Positions 51,798 through 60,992 of a stretch of DNA of 64,000 bases are shown piece by piece (within the stretch, counting starts at the first letter, position 1; every line of letters starts with the position of its first letter). The DNA is from a virus, in IMG/VR virus record IMGVR_UViG_3300049489_001336, positions 32,001-96,000 of that record, one strand, 5' to 3'. Both the position numbers and the translations under genes were made by a program. The notes below the pieces were generated by a model. It was not told the origin of the DNA and did no database searches. It saw nothing but the letters and a program-made list of their open reading frames with translations.

Positions 51798-52354
51798 GGT
51801 AAACCTCGGACTTCACGGTGTATACGTGTAAATAAAATACCCTGTTCGATTGCGTCATCGAGCGCAACGTGCGTGTGTGGAGCACTTCCAAAATATCGTT
51901 TTGGGTAATTACGTTTCACTGACTGTGTGAATTTAGGTATTTTTAAGTGAGCCATTGCATACGTTTTGATATCTAACGAAGACCACCCAAAGGGATTCTC
52001 TTTTGCGTATGCCCACAGATACCAGAATACAAATAAAGAATCGAATGCTGCAGGGTAACCCACGAAAACAGGGCGATGCGGCAACGCTTTAAGCCACGTT
52101 ACGTAACGTACCATCGCATTTGTAGGATCTTCGGGATTAACCCGCGTGGCATTGTACGCAGCTTTATTTTTAAACCAGAATTCAGCCGTATCAGGGTCTA
52201 TTTGGGAATTGGGCAGCAATTCCAAATTTACTTGAAACGTAGAAATCGGAATTTCCGAATTCCCATCAAAAGCAGCAGACCCGAGAGACAACATAGAGTT
52301 GACCCCTGGGCACGGGCCATTGGTCTCTACGTCGGTGCTTACGTACGTTTCCAT
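51779..52354 (-). CDS. DEDDh 3'-5' exonuclease (Rv2179c-like)
   Basis: [33 protein letters not shown]. Confidence 0.85.
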   Translation of the reverse strand: METYVSTDVETNGPCPGVNSMLSLGSAAFDGNSEIPISTFQVNLELLPNSQIDPDTAEFWFKNKAAYNATRVNPEDPTNAMVRYVTWLKALPHRPVFVGYPAAFDSLFVFWYLWAYAKENPFGWSSLDIKTYAMAHLKIPKFTQSVKRNYPKRYFGSAPHTHVALDDAIEQGILFTRIHREVRGLPCQNNL

Positions 52355-52385
52355 CGAAGCAACTCCTAGACAAATCTTTGTCTAT

Positions 52386-52631
52386 TCAAAAATAAGGAAG
52401 TACACGTTTGGCCAACGCTTTCGTCACTCTAGGATCAAGCGTTTCTCCGTAGCGTAAAGCGTCGTGCATCGTGACCAACAATTGAATGTCATTTCGCGCA
52501 CTGTGGATCGCTTTTTTCAGCAATGTATCCAGCGTTGCGCGCAGCTCTTCTTCAAGAGGTGTTTCTTTAATTAAATTACGTACTGCGTTCAACGCATCAA
52601 GCGTTGTATCTTTGGGGTACGTATTACTCAT
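52386..52631 (-). CDS. hypothetical protein
   Basis: 81 aa helical ORF, coupled to 52628. Confidence 0.5.
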   Translation of the reverse strand: MSNTYPKDTTLDALNAVRNLIKETPLEEELRATLDTLLKKAIHSARNDIQLLVTMHDALRYGETLDPRVTKALAKRVLPYF

Positions 52632-53038
52632 CGCGGAGTTGTTTTTGAGCGTAAGTGTATACGCATACTTCGTGGTGTTTCGACGTTACTAAACTTTTCC
52701 CACTGTTCGCACTTATCACAGTACCCCCACCACTGCGTTTTTCTTGCGGCATTGCGCGCGTCCCACCAAACGCCTTGCATATAAAGGCTGTAACTATCTC
52801 CGAATAAGCGTAGGTACGTATCAGGAAAACAAGTTGTTACATATATTTTGTAATGGAAGTTTCGTAAAATATCGACCAGCGCTTTGGTAAAATGCGCTTG
52901 ACCGTATTTACGGTTCTCCCATTGTAGAAGAGGTTCCATATCGAGGGTAATTACCCGATCGTCTTTTTTGCTTAAACGTACAAAACTAATGGGATCTTCG
53001 ATGATCCCGCTAAATCGAGGAATTGCTTCGCTAGACAT
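52628..53038 (-). CDS. hypothetical protein
   Basis: 136 aa, CDKC near the C-terminus. Confidence 0.5.
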   Translation of the reverse strand: MSSEAIPRFSGIIEDPISFVRLSKKDDRVITLDMEPLLQWENRKYGQAHFTKALVDILRNFHYKIYVTTCFPDTYLRLFGDSYSLYMQGVWWDARNAARKTQWWGYCDKCEQWEKFSNVETPRSMRIHLRSKTTPR

Positions 53039-53042
53039 AAAG

Positions 53043-53066
53043 AAAAACCCCGTACAAGACGGGGTT
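53043..53066 (-). terminator. Rho-independent terminator after the TROVE gene
   Basis: AACCCCGT-CTTGT-ACGGGGTT followed by a T-run on the minus strand. Confidence 0.7.
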
Positions 53067-53069
53067 CCT

Positions 53070-54812
53070 TTAGGCTTCTACGTTTTCAACCACTTCCGTG
53101 GGCGTTTCCGTGACCGCATTCTCAGGCATGACCAAGGGCAAAGCCTTGATCGTCTCCACCCAAGCCTTGGCGTCTTGTCCCTTCACGAAGTTTTCGATAA
53201 CGCCCCATACTGAATCATTGAAACCTCCAATGTTCAAGATGTCAGGGTCATCTGCAGCTTGCGTTGTCGTGTTCGGGGTTACGTCCAAACACACCAACTT
53301 GCAGTTGGCATTACGTGTTTGAATTTTGCGGAACAACTGCTCCATCTCTGTCGGACCTGTTTTGTTGGTCGTCAAGTAGTTGTAACGATTGTGCGCCAGA
53401 GTTGCCCACGATTCGTTGTCCGAAAAGAAAATGATCGTTTCAGCGTCTTCCTTTTTGTCAAGAATATGCTGAAGCCCAAGCTGCAAGCTTGTGCCACCGC
53501 CGCCACACGCTGCCAATTTCTTGGCGTTGGTCATCACCGAATCGAGTGGGTTGAGTTGCAAGCGTGTGTGCAGCGACGTATCGACAGGAATGACGCGGGC
53601 CCCAGGGGTGGTCCGCAGCACGCATGCCGCAAACAACGCGGCCACGTCGATACAACGCATTTTTGTGGTCGCAGACCCCCGTCCCCCTGTCACAGGCGAG
53701 CTCATGGAACCTGACACGTCCGGAAAAACCCAAACGTTGTCGCCGAAAGAAGGCGTATTTTTGGTAGCAATCTCAAGCGCGGCTTGTAGCGCCATTTTGA
53801 TGTCTACCGGGATTTCCGAATTATCTTCGGTCGCCAAATAGGCCATCAAGAGCTGATACGGAAAAACCCGCGCGCGCTGAATTTCTTCAGCGTTCGCAAG
53901 CTTCTCTGCAATCTTCTTTACGACAGCTTTGTCTTTCAGCACGCCATGGCGCTGAAACGTATTGAGGTTCATGCGCGTGAATTGCCATCCGCCATTGAGC
54001 GCGATCGTCGTCCAATCCGCCGTGGACAGAGGCAACGCCGTCAACATCTGGAAAGGAACCTGCGGTACTGTGAGGTTCTCCCCTGCCTTGTACTTTTCGT
54101 AGTCTTGGATGAGCTGCGGGAGTTCATCTTTCTTATAGAACTTCCGTCGCTCTTTCTGCTTCTCGTCGGCCTTGGCTTCCTCAGGGTAGCCTAACAGGTA
54201 TTTGAACGCGGAATCCCGTTGTTTGTCTTCGCCCGCTTTCACGTGGGCAAGACGGATGATGTCCGCCAGAGACGGCGACTCACCGACCGACGCACGGAAC
54301 AGCGCTGCGCCATTTCGCTTGTCGAACCACTGGTGAATAAGCCGTCGCGGCACGGTCCCCAGTGATTTACGCCCCGTCGTGCCCGAGCGAACAATCTGCA
54401 CGAAATTCCGCAGCATCTTATCATTGTCAATGGCGAGCGGAAATGCGCACTCCAACCATTTCTTGGCTTCATCGCGCGCTTCACCTTCCAACGTCTTACA
54501 ACGCGCCGCAAGCAGCGCGCAGAGAAGCGCAGGCATGTCTTTCATATGTCCCGACTTACGGGCATAAACAGCGCACTTCGCGATGTACTCACTAGTACAT
54601 TGCTCCGCGAACTCTTTGACCTTTTGTAGCTGGTCTTCAGGTGAAACGTAATAGGTCTGAGACAAGCACCCTGTTGCTGCAAGTTGCGCAAGGGCGTGTT
54701 CAGGGGTGAAAGCATAAGCTTTACCCCCTGCATTATTAATGGTATTGACAGTGCGCGCAGGCTTAGGTTGTTTTCCAGCCGTAGCAGAAGAAAAAAGCTG
54801 TTTATTAGCCAT
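53070..54812 (-). CDS. rsr: Ro60/TROVE-domain RNA-binding protein with vWA domain
   Basis: NNAGGKAY...LAQLAATG..TYY, KDMPALL, RMNLNTFQRHG, FPYQLL.AY, vWA MIDAS DVSGSM, GGGTS, FSDNESW. Confidence 0.92.
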   Translation of the reverse strand: MANKQLFSSATAGKQPKPARTVNTINNAGGKAYAFTPEHALAQLAATGCLSQTYYVSPEDQLQKVKEFAEQCTSEYIAKCAVYARKSGHMKDMPALLCALLAARCKTLEGEARDEAKKWLECAFPLAIDNDKMLRNFVQIVRSGTTGRKSLGTVPRRLIHQWFDKRNGAALFRASVGESPSLADIIRLAHVKAGEDKQRDSAFKYLLGYPEEAKADEKQKERRKFYKKDELPQLIQDYEKYKAGENLTVPQVPFQMLTALPLSTADWTTIALNGGWQFTRMNLNTFQRHGVLKDKAVVKKIAEKLANAEEIQRARVFPYQLLMAYLATEDNSEIPVDIKMALQAALEIATKNTPSFGDNVWVFPDVSGSMSSPVTGGRGSATTKMRCIDVAALFAACVLRTTPGARVIPVDTSLHTRLQLNPLDSVMTNAKKLAACGGGGTSLQLGLQHILDKKEDAETIIFFSDNESWATLAHNRYNYLTTNKTGPTEMEQLFRKIQTRNANCKLVCLDVTPNTTTQAADDPDILNIGGFNDSVWGVIENFVKGQDAKAWVETIKALPLVMPENAVTETPTEVVENVEA

Positions 54813-54815
54813 GGT

Positions 54816-54903
54816 GACACACTTTCTAACAGGCAAGATCCTGCTAAATAAAAAATCCGTGAATAACGAATAGCGTCTACTACCACGAGGCAGTAGACGT
54901 GTC
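54816..54903 (-). promoter_or_regulatory. structured 5' leader of the TROVE gene
   Basis: Closing GACAC/GTGTC stem around a 10-bp hairpin GTCTACTGCC/GGTAGTAGAC and an AGCAGG/CCTGTT hairpin, ending 3 nt before the ATG. Confidence 0.45.
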
Positions 54904-54913
54904 GCTTCTTTTA

Positions 54914-55099
54914 TTAAATTTTGTTGGGCCTAATTTCAGTAATGTCTGCAACAGCCGCCTCAATGTCCCTATCCTTTTGTTCACGCCAAAGATGTTGCGC
55001 TAGATTCAACAATGCGACAGCATCGTCAAATGGCAAACGCCCGTCGTTGATTTCCTCCCGACACCGTACAAGAAAGGCGTCAATGTGTTGACGTTTCAT
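54914..55099 (-). CDS. hypothetical protein
   Basis: 61 aa, GAGAGG RBS. Confidence 0.5.
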   Translation of the reverse strand: MKRQHIDAFLVRCREEINDGRLPFDDAVALLNLAQHLWREQKDRDIEAAVADITEIRPNKI

Positions 55100-55161
55100 G
55101 CCCTCTCGCTTCGAGAGGACACTATTCCTCTCTACTTTCTTGTACCGTTTTTAGCGCGCAT

Positions 55162-55350
55162 TTATGGGGATATAACCACGTATCCAACCGTATTACCGTT
55201 AAGGTCCAGAATCTTCTTTTGGTGCGGTCGAGGCTGCTCCAATAAGTTCTCCATGTCGTTTGCAAGACGCTTAAAAATGCGCGCTACCTCTGGAGAAGGG
55301 TCGCTATCAAACGCATCGTTTTCTGTAGTGATTGTAACCGTGATTTTCAT
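55162..55350 (-). CDS. hypothetical protein
   Basis: 62 aa; ITITTENDAF...EVARI...DLNGNTVG, a pattern common in small phage proteins. Confidence 0.55.
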   Translation of the reverse strand: MKITVTITTENDAFDSDPSPEVARIFKRLANDMENLLEQPRPHQKKILDLNGNTVGYVVISP

Positions 55351-55709
55351 TTCATCACCAAAAACCAGAGGATGGTACCCACGACACCTCCAAACAGCGC
55401 GCCGTACAAAAATGAATTCATATGTAAACTCTTCTGAGGTACATCAATAAGAATCACGCGCGGATTGGTCGGCGTGTCGTCACTTTCTAAGGCATTACGA
55501 AAATCGTGGAACGATTTATCAAATCCCGCGACCGTGCTTTCGATAGACGCGCGGATTTTTTCAGTATTAAGCCATGTTTCAAGTGGCACATTGGCTGGCC
55601 GTTTGGTTACATCGGTGCCTTTGCACTGATGAAACTTCACAAGAACGTGCGGGATAAAAGCGCCGCAACGTTCACATGCTACGCATTCTTCAGGAGTAAA
55701 TCCGGGCAT
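55347..55709 (-). CDS. hypothetical protein with Zn-finger N-terminus and C-terminal TM
   Basis: CERC..H..FH.C; hydrophobic C-terminus. Confidence 0.5.
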   Translation of the reverse strand: MPGFTPEECVACERCGAFIPHVLVKFHQCKGTDVTKRPANVPLETWLNTEKIRASIESTVAGFDKSFHDFRNALESDDTPTNPRVILIDVPQKSLHMNSFLYGALFGGVVGTILWFLVMK

Positions 55710-55752
55710 GGGGGTAGCGTACTAAAACCAAGAACAAAATCTATCATAGAGT

Positions 55753-56109
55753 TCAAGGTGCCGTTTTTTGAAAGCGAGGGGCTTCACGTTTACAACCCTC
55801 ACACGTCACGTGCTCCAAGTCCTCCAGATACGCCCAGCGATGTTCAGGCGGCCACACCCACGGTGCACCCGCGCCACACAGGGCAACTCCGTTGAACAAA
55901 ACATGGACAACTAAATCAGTGTGTAACACCGCTTTTCTCAATTGCTCTAATTCCTGGTGCAACCTCTCGATTGCGTCACAAGCGTCCCATACGTCCTTCG
56001 CTACCACTTCTCGTATTTGGGCTTGCCAGCGTAAATACGGAGAACATTGTTTACGTAAACGGCGTACACACGCTAGGTCATGTGTACGCTGTTCATCTGC
56101 GTTAGACAT
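55753..56109 (-). CDS. hypothetical protein
   Basis: 118 aa; H..LCG...CEGC metal-binding-like residues. Confidence 0.45.
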   Translation of the reverse strand: MSNADEQRTHDLACVRRLRKQCSPYLRWQAQIREVVAKDVWDACDAIERLHQELEQLRKAVLHTDLVVHVLFNGVALCGAGAPWVWPPEHRWAYLEDLEHVTCEGCKREAPRFQKTAP

Positions 56110-56323
56110 CTTTCACCAAAGAATCTACTGTGATCTCCGTACGAGACTGCAAATAGGCCCTCATGGTGTACCCTGTTTGTTGATCCTGAATGCGAATCAC
56201 ATCCGGAGTGTACCCCGTCATCCTACGCATCTCGGTAGCGTACTCCACCGCCGCAGCGCTAGCGTCCACCGCGTGGATCTCATGTTTAAACTTACCCTGG
56301 ATACTACAAGTAAAGACGCGCAT
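56102..56323 (-). CDS. hypothetical protein
   Basis: 73 aa, GGAG RBS. Confidence 0.45.
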   Translation of the reverse strand: MRVFTCSIQGKFKHEIHAVDASAAAVEYATEMRRMTGYTPDVIRIQDQQTGYTMRAYLQSRTEITVDSLVKDV

Positions 56324-56356
56324 AACTCCTCCAAGCCTTTACTTGGTATGATAGGC

Positions 56357-56587
56357 TTAACCCTTCAGTGAAATTTCAATAAGTGTCGTTAGGTAGTATG
56401 CAATAACAAGGTAAATAACCAGGCGCGAAAAAGAGTTATGCAAAATGCGTTTATGCAAGTAAGTGGCGTGAAAAATACGCAGTAATCCGTAAAGGCTTGC
56501 TAACAATGCGCCACTTGCGTTGTTCTGCATAAAGCACAACGCGGCGATCAACACCGACCACCATGCAGCCACGACGTCGTGTGTCAT
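56357..56587 (-). CDS. small multi-TM membrane protein
   Basis: 76 aa with 2-3 hydrophobic segments. Confidence 0.45.
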   Translation of the reverse strand: MTHDVVAAWWSVLIAALCFMQNNASGALLASLYGLLRIFHATYLHKRILHNSFSRLVIYLVIAYYLTTLIEISLKG

Positions 56588-56588
56588 T

Positions 56589-57074
56589 TTAATTATTAAT
56601 TTCTTGAAACATCCAACCCTGGGCGGCCTTAATCGCTTCTTCGGTGCCCATGAGTTGGCGCTTCTTATCGTCCACGACGAGAATCAACAAAGCACGCTGT
56701 GCCATCCGGCTAAGTACGCCCTGCCCACGTTGAAAATCCCCGCGCGCAACCATGACCGGAATTCCGGTGGCTTCTGTGAATTCCTGTCCTGCAGGATGAA
56801 ACATCACCCCGCATTTATCAGGGCGGTCTTCTTCCCAAAAAACTTTGCGGGAATCTTTATGTTCCCAGGTGGCTTCATCGATCCACAAACAAACAAATTC
56901 CTGACAGCTAGCAGGCCGGTCAGCGTAGATTCCACATGAAGTCCCTGTACAGTGCGTACAAGTCACGTTCATGGGCTTATCTAATTCTGTGACCCCCATC
57001 AACGTACAGCACGCGGTGCACTCCCCGCACGCACGCTTCAAAGAGGTAAGTCTTCTTTTATCTTTCTTAGCCAT
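56589..57074 (-). CDS. YkgJ-like CxxCxxCC metal-binding protein
   Basis: CGECTACC...CTHC...CGIYADRPASCQEFVCLW. Confidence 0.8.
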   Translation of the reverse strand: MAKKDKRRLTSLKRACGECTACCTLMGVTELDKPMNVTCTHCTGTSCGIYADRPASCQEFVCLWIDEATWEHKDSRKVFWEEDRPDKCGVMFHPAGQEFTEATGIPVMVARGDFQRGQGVLSRMAQRALLILVVDDKKRQLMGTEEAIKAAQGWMFQEINN

Positions 57075-57370
57075 ATACGAACTCGACTTGGCATACAGTC
57101 TTCAGAAGCAGAATGCTCTGCAAACTTGTGCAATCGCTTCAACTGAACAGGTTGTACTTTAAATTGTGACTTCATCAATTGGGCGTAAGACATATCCTTG
57201 TTCGCAGCCGCCACGATAAGTGGCAACGCTTGCACTGCGTGATTCAAGGACACATCCGAATAGCGCATTTCACGCATCCAAGCTTCATAGCCTTCACACA
57301 AAGGATACGGAGCAGGAGCCACATCAACTCGCGTCCCTTTCACTTTCATATAAATGTACGGCACACTCAT
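57038..57370 (-). CDS. hypothetical protein
   Basis: 110 aa in a tightly packed minus-strand run. Confidence 0.45.
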   Translation of the reverse strand: MSVPYIYMKVKGTRVDVAPAPYPLCEGYEAWMREMRYSDVSLNHAVQALPLIVAAANKDMSYAQLMKSQFKVQPVQLKRLHKFAEHSASEDCMPSRVRIWLRKIKEDLPL

Positions 57371-57782
57371 TTATCAAGACCCTTCAACCAAGGTAGGAGA
57401 AGATAGAACCAAAAAACGACCCCAAGCGCCATACCAAGTAAGCTTGCTACGATAAGCAGAGCATCCACAGAGACCCGCGGCGGTTCCTCTGCGCGAATTT
57501 CAACCGGAAGTCTTTTCTGAGGACGCCGAATCCGTCTTCGTTTGATAAATTTCATCCTGCGTTTCCTCGGCGGATTCTTCTGCATAGAATAGTTTGTACA
57601 GTGCCTCTTTTAAGTCCGTGCGCAACACAAGAAGGTGCTGCGCCATGTACGTATTTCTTTGCGCATAGCGATCCGCCCACGCGTTGAGCACCGAAAACAT
57701 CCGATGGAGCGGTAGCACCGGTTGGCGATAATAATGGCTAAGCGCCCTAAGAAGCTCTTCAGCTTCTTCGTCGTTTTCGATT

Positions 57783-57980
57783 TCAATCCTGAGTGGCATC
57801 CGTGGCCTCGTCTTTGACTTCTTTGATATCCACAACGGTAATCCAATCGCGCTTACCTGCTACGCGTTCAAAAAACAAAGAACGCGCTGCCTCAGGGTCG
57901 TCCGGTTTGGCTACCACGAGTTGCGTGTGAGGGCCGTTGTCTAAAACCATGTATTCAACAACGTACGCAGAGGTAGCCAT
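57783..57980 (-). CDS. hypothetical protein
   Basis: 65 aa, coupled to 57980. Confidence 0.45.
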   Translation of the reverse strand: MATSAYVVEYMVLDNGPHTQLVVAKPDDPEAARSLFFERVAGKRDWITVVDIKEVKDEATDATQD

Positions 57981-58300
57981 CAGCTCTCCAAATCAATATG
58001 CGCCATACACTTGCAGCACATGTTGTGTTTGTCAGAGCACGCAAAACAAATTTTTGGAGCTGCCCCATTGGGATGCTGCACTTCAACATCGCAGATACGG
58101 CACGTATACTTGACAAAGCCATGTGTTACGAGTCCGCCGCGACGAAGATAAAAACAAACCGTGCATAAACGCGATGCGTGTCGCTGTGTTTTATCTTTGT
58201 CTGCTTTTAGCTCTGTAAGTTGTTTTTCTCTTTCTTCGATGGCCTTTTTTGCATAATACGTATTTATGCGTGCTGTCTCCTCAAGGTCGTCCAGAGCCAC
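57980..58300 (-). CDS. multi-CxxC zinc-finger protein
   Basis: CTVC, CRIC, CFAC, CCKC; GGAGG RBS. Confidence 0.6.
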   Translation of the reverse strand: MALDDLEETARINTYYAKKAIEEREKQLTELKADKDKTQRHASRLCTVCFYLRRGGLVTHGFVKYTCRICDVEVQHPNGAAPKICFACSDKHNMCCKCMAHIDLES

Positions 58301-58328
58301 TAGCCCCTCCTTTATTCTTTTACCGTAA

Positions 58329-58739
58329 TTAGATGTCTTCCAACAGCTTTTTACGAACGTCTTCTTTCACCACTAATTGTTCTATCTTTGCAGCGGCGCG
58401 TTCCCAATCGCCTTTCCACATGAAGCGGCAAGACGTGAACATGGGATACCCGTTTACGCCTCGGGGACCCGCTTGATCCCAATACTCCCAAACAGTGCCT
58501 ATTTCAAGAGCTACTTCCTTTGGGACGCCTGAGAGAGCTCCCATAGCCAACGGAAGGAAGACCATAGGAACCACACTCGGTTGTTTAATTTGTTGAATGA
58601 TGAATATTTTTCCATCGATATAATCCAAAACAAATTGCTTTAGCGCGTCGTTTGACATTCGCGGAAGTTCAAACGCGGGCTTGGGCACGTCAGGCCCTTC
58701 ATTCTTTGTCTCGGGAAATGTTTCTTTTTCGTCTATCAC
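58329..58739 (-). CDS. hypothetical protein
   Basis: 136 aa; EYWDQAGPRGVNGYPMFTSC. Confidence 0.55.
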   Translation of the reverse strand: MIDEKETFPETKNEGPDVPKPAFELPRMSNDALKQFVLDYIDGKIFIIQQIKQPSVVPMVFLPLAMGALSGVPKEVALEIGTVWEYWDQAGPRGVNGYPMFTSCRFMWKGDWERAAAKIEQLVVKEDVRKKLLEDI

Positions 58740-58829
58740 GACGCACCAACCTTTGGTCCATCCAAAGCCACCCTAAAAGGAACGCTACGACCATTCCTGG
58801 GACAAGCAGCAAATAGAGTAAGTAAAGCA

Positions 58830-59069
58830 TCAGTCGATGTCGTCGTACCCATCGAACTTAAATTTCTCTTTCTCTAACATGGCATTGGCAAAGGACTCGC
58901 ACAGACGTGCAAATCCTTGGGGATCCATGAGATGCATGTTATCCGGGTGAAGGGAATTTTGATAAGCGATGGCATAACGACGCCACGCTTCACGTTCTTC
59001 TTTGGTGTACCGCACCGTAGAAGGTGGTTGTGGAACAGGACTACGCCGTGTCATAGAGAACCCCACCAT
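58830..59069 (-). CDS. hypothetical protein
   Basis: 79 aa ORF. Confidence 0.4.
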   Translation of the reverse strand: MVGFSMTRRSPVPQPPSTVRYTKEEREAWRRYAIAYQNSLHPDNMHLMDPQGFARLCESFANAMLEKEKFKFDGYDDID

Positions 59070-59620
59070 TGGTCAGGAAAATGGGTATGCACTAATTGCA
59101 GCAATGGGTTATACGTCTTATGCCTATTTAAAGCGTGCTGAAGAGGCTCAGCACGCAGGTCAATAGCCTCCAGCAACCCTACGTGGTCGTAGCGAAGCAT
59201 TAATTTACAGATGATGGCAACGCTTTCGAGGTCATCTCTACGTTCACACAATTCACTCGAAAGCACTGCAACGTATAAGTCCTTTGACTCCAACGTTTGC
59301 AGCGTTGCAAGGCCGTCGAGTACTTCATCGATCTCGCTAGAAAAAGCGTCCACGATGTGCTGCTTCCACGTTTCAGGAAGTGTCTTGGCCCAGCGACTAA
59401 CTTTTTCTAGGGCTGCGTCTTCTTTCAGCAGGAAGGGCAACCACCGATACAAAAGGCCCATGCCTGTTATGGCCATGTACATTTCAGGGTTACTGAAGCG
59501 ACTCTCAATAACGGCCTGAAACCAGGCAGGCAACACAGCATTACCTACGATTTGCCGCAACGGGGGCATTAAGAACGCCGTCTTTTTTGTGTTACCTCCT
59601 GGAAACGGTATGACACTCAT
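59051..59620 (-). CDS. hypothetical protein
   Basis: 189 aa helical, GGAGGG RBS. Confidence 0.55.
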   Translation of the reverse strand: MSVIPFPGGNTKKTAFLMPPLRQIVGNAVLPAWFQAVIESRFSNPEMYMAITGMGLLYRWLPFLLKEDAALEKVSRWAKTLPETWKQHIVDAFSSEIDEVLDGLATLQTLESKDLYVAVLSSELCERRDDLESVAIICKLMLRYDHVGLLEAIDLRAEPLQHALNRHKTYNPLLQLVHTHFPDQWWGSL

Positions 59621-59689
59621 AAAAATCCCTCCCTTGAACTTTTACCGTGGTAATCGCTATTTTTTGTTTGTTAGTATCGGTATGTAGAA

Positions 59690-60610
59690 ATGAACATGAT
59701 AAATCTACTTTTACTCGATGACGATAAAGCGTCGTTTACGCTCGTAAAACACATGTTGTCGCAGTCGCACCTACGATATGAGTTGAACTGGGTGCGCACA
59801 ATACCAGAGGCAATGAACTACCTATCCAACGGTAAGGTGTCATTAATTGTTATCGATCAAGGTAATTCAGGTTTTGAATTATTGAGTAATCCTGTTTTTA
59901 AAGGGTTCAAAGTACCTGTGATTTTTATGACGGGTCAAGGCGACGAATACCAGGCCGTGCAAGCCATTAAGACGGGCGCCTATGATTATCTAATCAAGGG
60001 ACGTTTTGACGGCTCTCGGCTTACATACGCCATTGAAGAAGCCTTACGAGAACACGAATACAAACTTAAGATCGAAGCGCATCAAATCGAATTAATTAAA
60101 CTTGCTACGACCGACGACCTTACAGGACTTTTGAACCGAAGACACTTCACCACGCGCCTTAAAGACGAAGTAGCACGTTACACGCGGTATCGCACGCCTT
60201 TCTCTGTGGCCATTTTAGATGTAGACCACTTCAAGAGTATCAACGATACCTATGGGCATGCGGCAGGTGATACTGTATTGCGTGAGTTGGGAATTCTTAT
60301 ACGAAACACGCTTCGTTCCACAGATACAGCGTGTCGATATGGTGGTGAGGAGTTCTTAATTGCATTTCCGAGCACTACATTGGCGGGCACCGAGGCACTA
60401 AGTGAACGTTTGCGCCTGACAATTGCCAACCATGTTTTCTGGTACGAAAAAATGCACATCCCTGTGACGGTAAGCATTGGCGTGGCGGAGTCTTATCCGG
60501 AGATCAACAACGCAGAAATGCTGCTTAAATTGGCGGATAAAGCGCTTTACGCAGCTAAAAAAGACGGCAGGAACTGTGTCATTTCTTATCACTATGGTGC
60601 GGGGCTTTGA
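59690..60610 (+). CDS. response-regulator diguanylate cyclase (REC-GGDEF, WspR/PleD-like)
   Basis: REC: LLLDDD, VID, MTG, LIKG; linker ATTDDLTGLLNRR; DVDHFKSINDTYGHAAGD; RSTD I-site; RYGGEEF; ADKALYAAKKDGRN. Confidence 0.95.
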   Translation: MNMINLLLLDDDKASFTLVKHMLSQSHLRYELNWVRTIPEAMNYLSNGKVSLIVIDQGNSGFELLSNPVFKGFKVPVIFMTGQGDEYQAVQAIKTGAYDYLIKGRFDGSRLTYAIEEALREHEYKLKIEAHQIELIKLATTDDLTGLLNRRHFTTRLKDEVARYTRYRTPFSVAILDVDHFKSINDTYGHAAGDTVLRELGILIRNTLRSTDTACRYGGEEFLIAFPSTTLAGTEALSERLRLTIANHVFWYEKMHIPVTVSIGVAESYPEINNAEMLLKLADKALYAAKKDGRNCVISYHYGAGL

Positions 60611-60627
60611 CCACCTATTATTAGGGC

Positions 60628-60987
60628 ATGGTCAATTATAAGTACCGCGCCACGGTCTCCCGCATCGTAGATGGCGACACGCTATTTCTCCATGTACAGC
60701 TCGGCTTTCGCCTCACGGCCGAAGTTGAATTCCGTATGAACGGACTCAATACGCCTGAGGTTGTAGGAAGCAATAAAACGGCGGGGCTCGCGGCCAAAGC
60801 AGAGCTGACGCGCCTATTAGGGTTAGGCGAAATTTATGTACAATCGACCAAGAGCGATAAGTACGGACGGTGGCTTGCTACGGTGTTTGTTAAGCAGGCC
60901 AACGGGAATGAACTCAACGTCAATGAACATTTGTTAAACAACGGGTTTGCATTGCCCTATGATGGCAAGGGCGCCAAACCGGAGTAA
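60628..60987 (+). CDS. thermonuclease (SNase-like) family protein
   Basis: RIVDGDT, FRMNGLNTPE, DKYGRWLATV, LLNNGFALPYDG. Confidence 0.85.
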   Translation: MVNYKYRATVSRIVDGDTLFLHVQLGFRLTAEVEFRMNGLNTPEVVGSNKTAGLAAKAELTRLLGLGEIYVQSTKSDKYGRWLATVFVKQANGNELNVNEHLLNNGFALPYDGKGAKPE

Positions 60988-60992
60988 TAACT

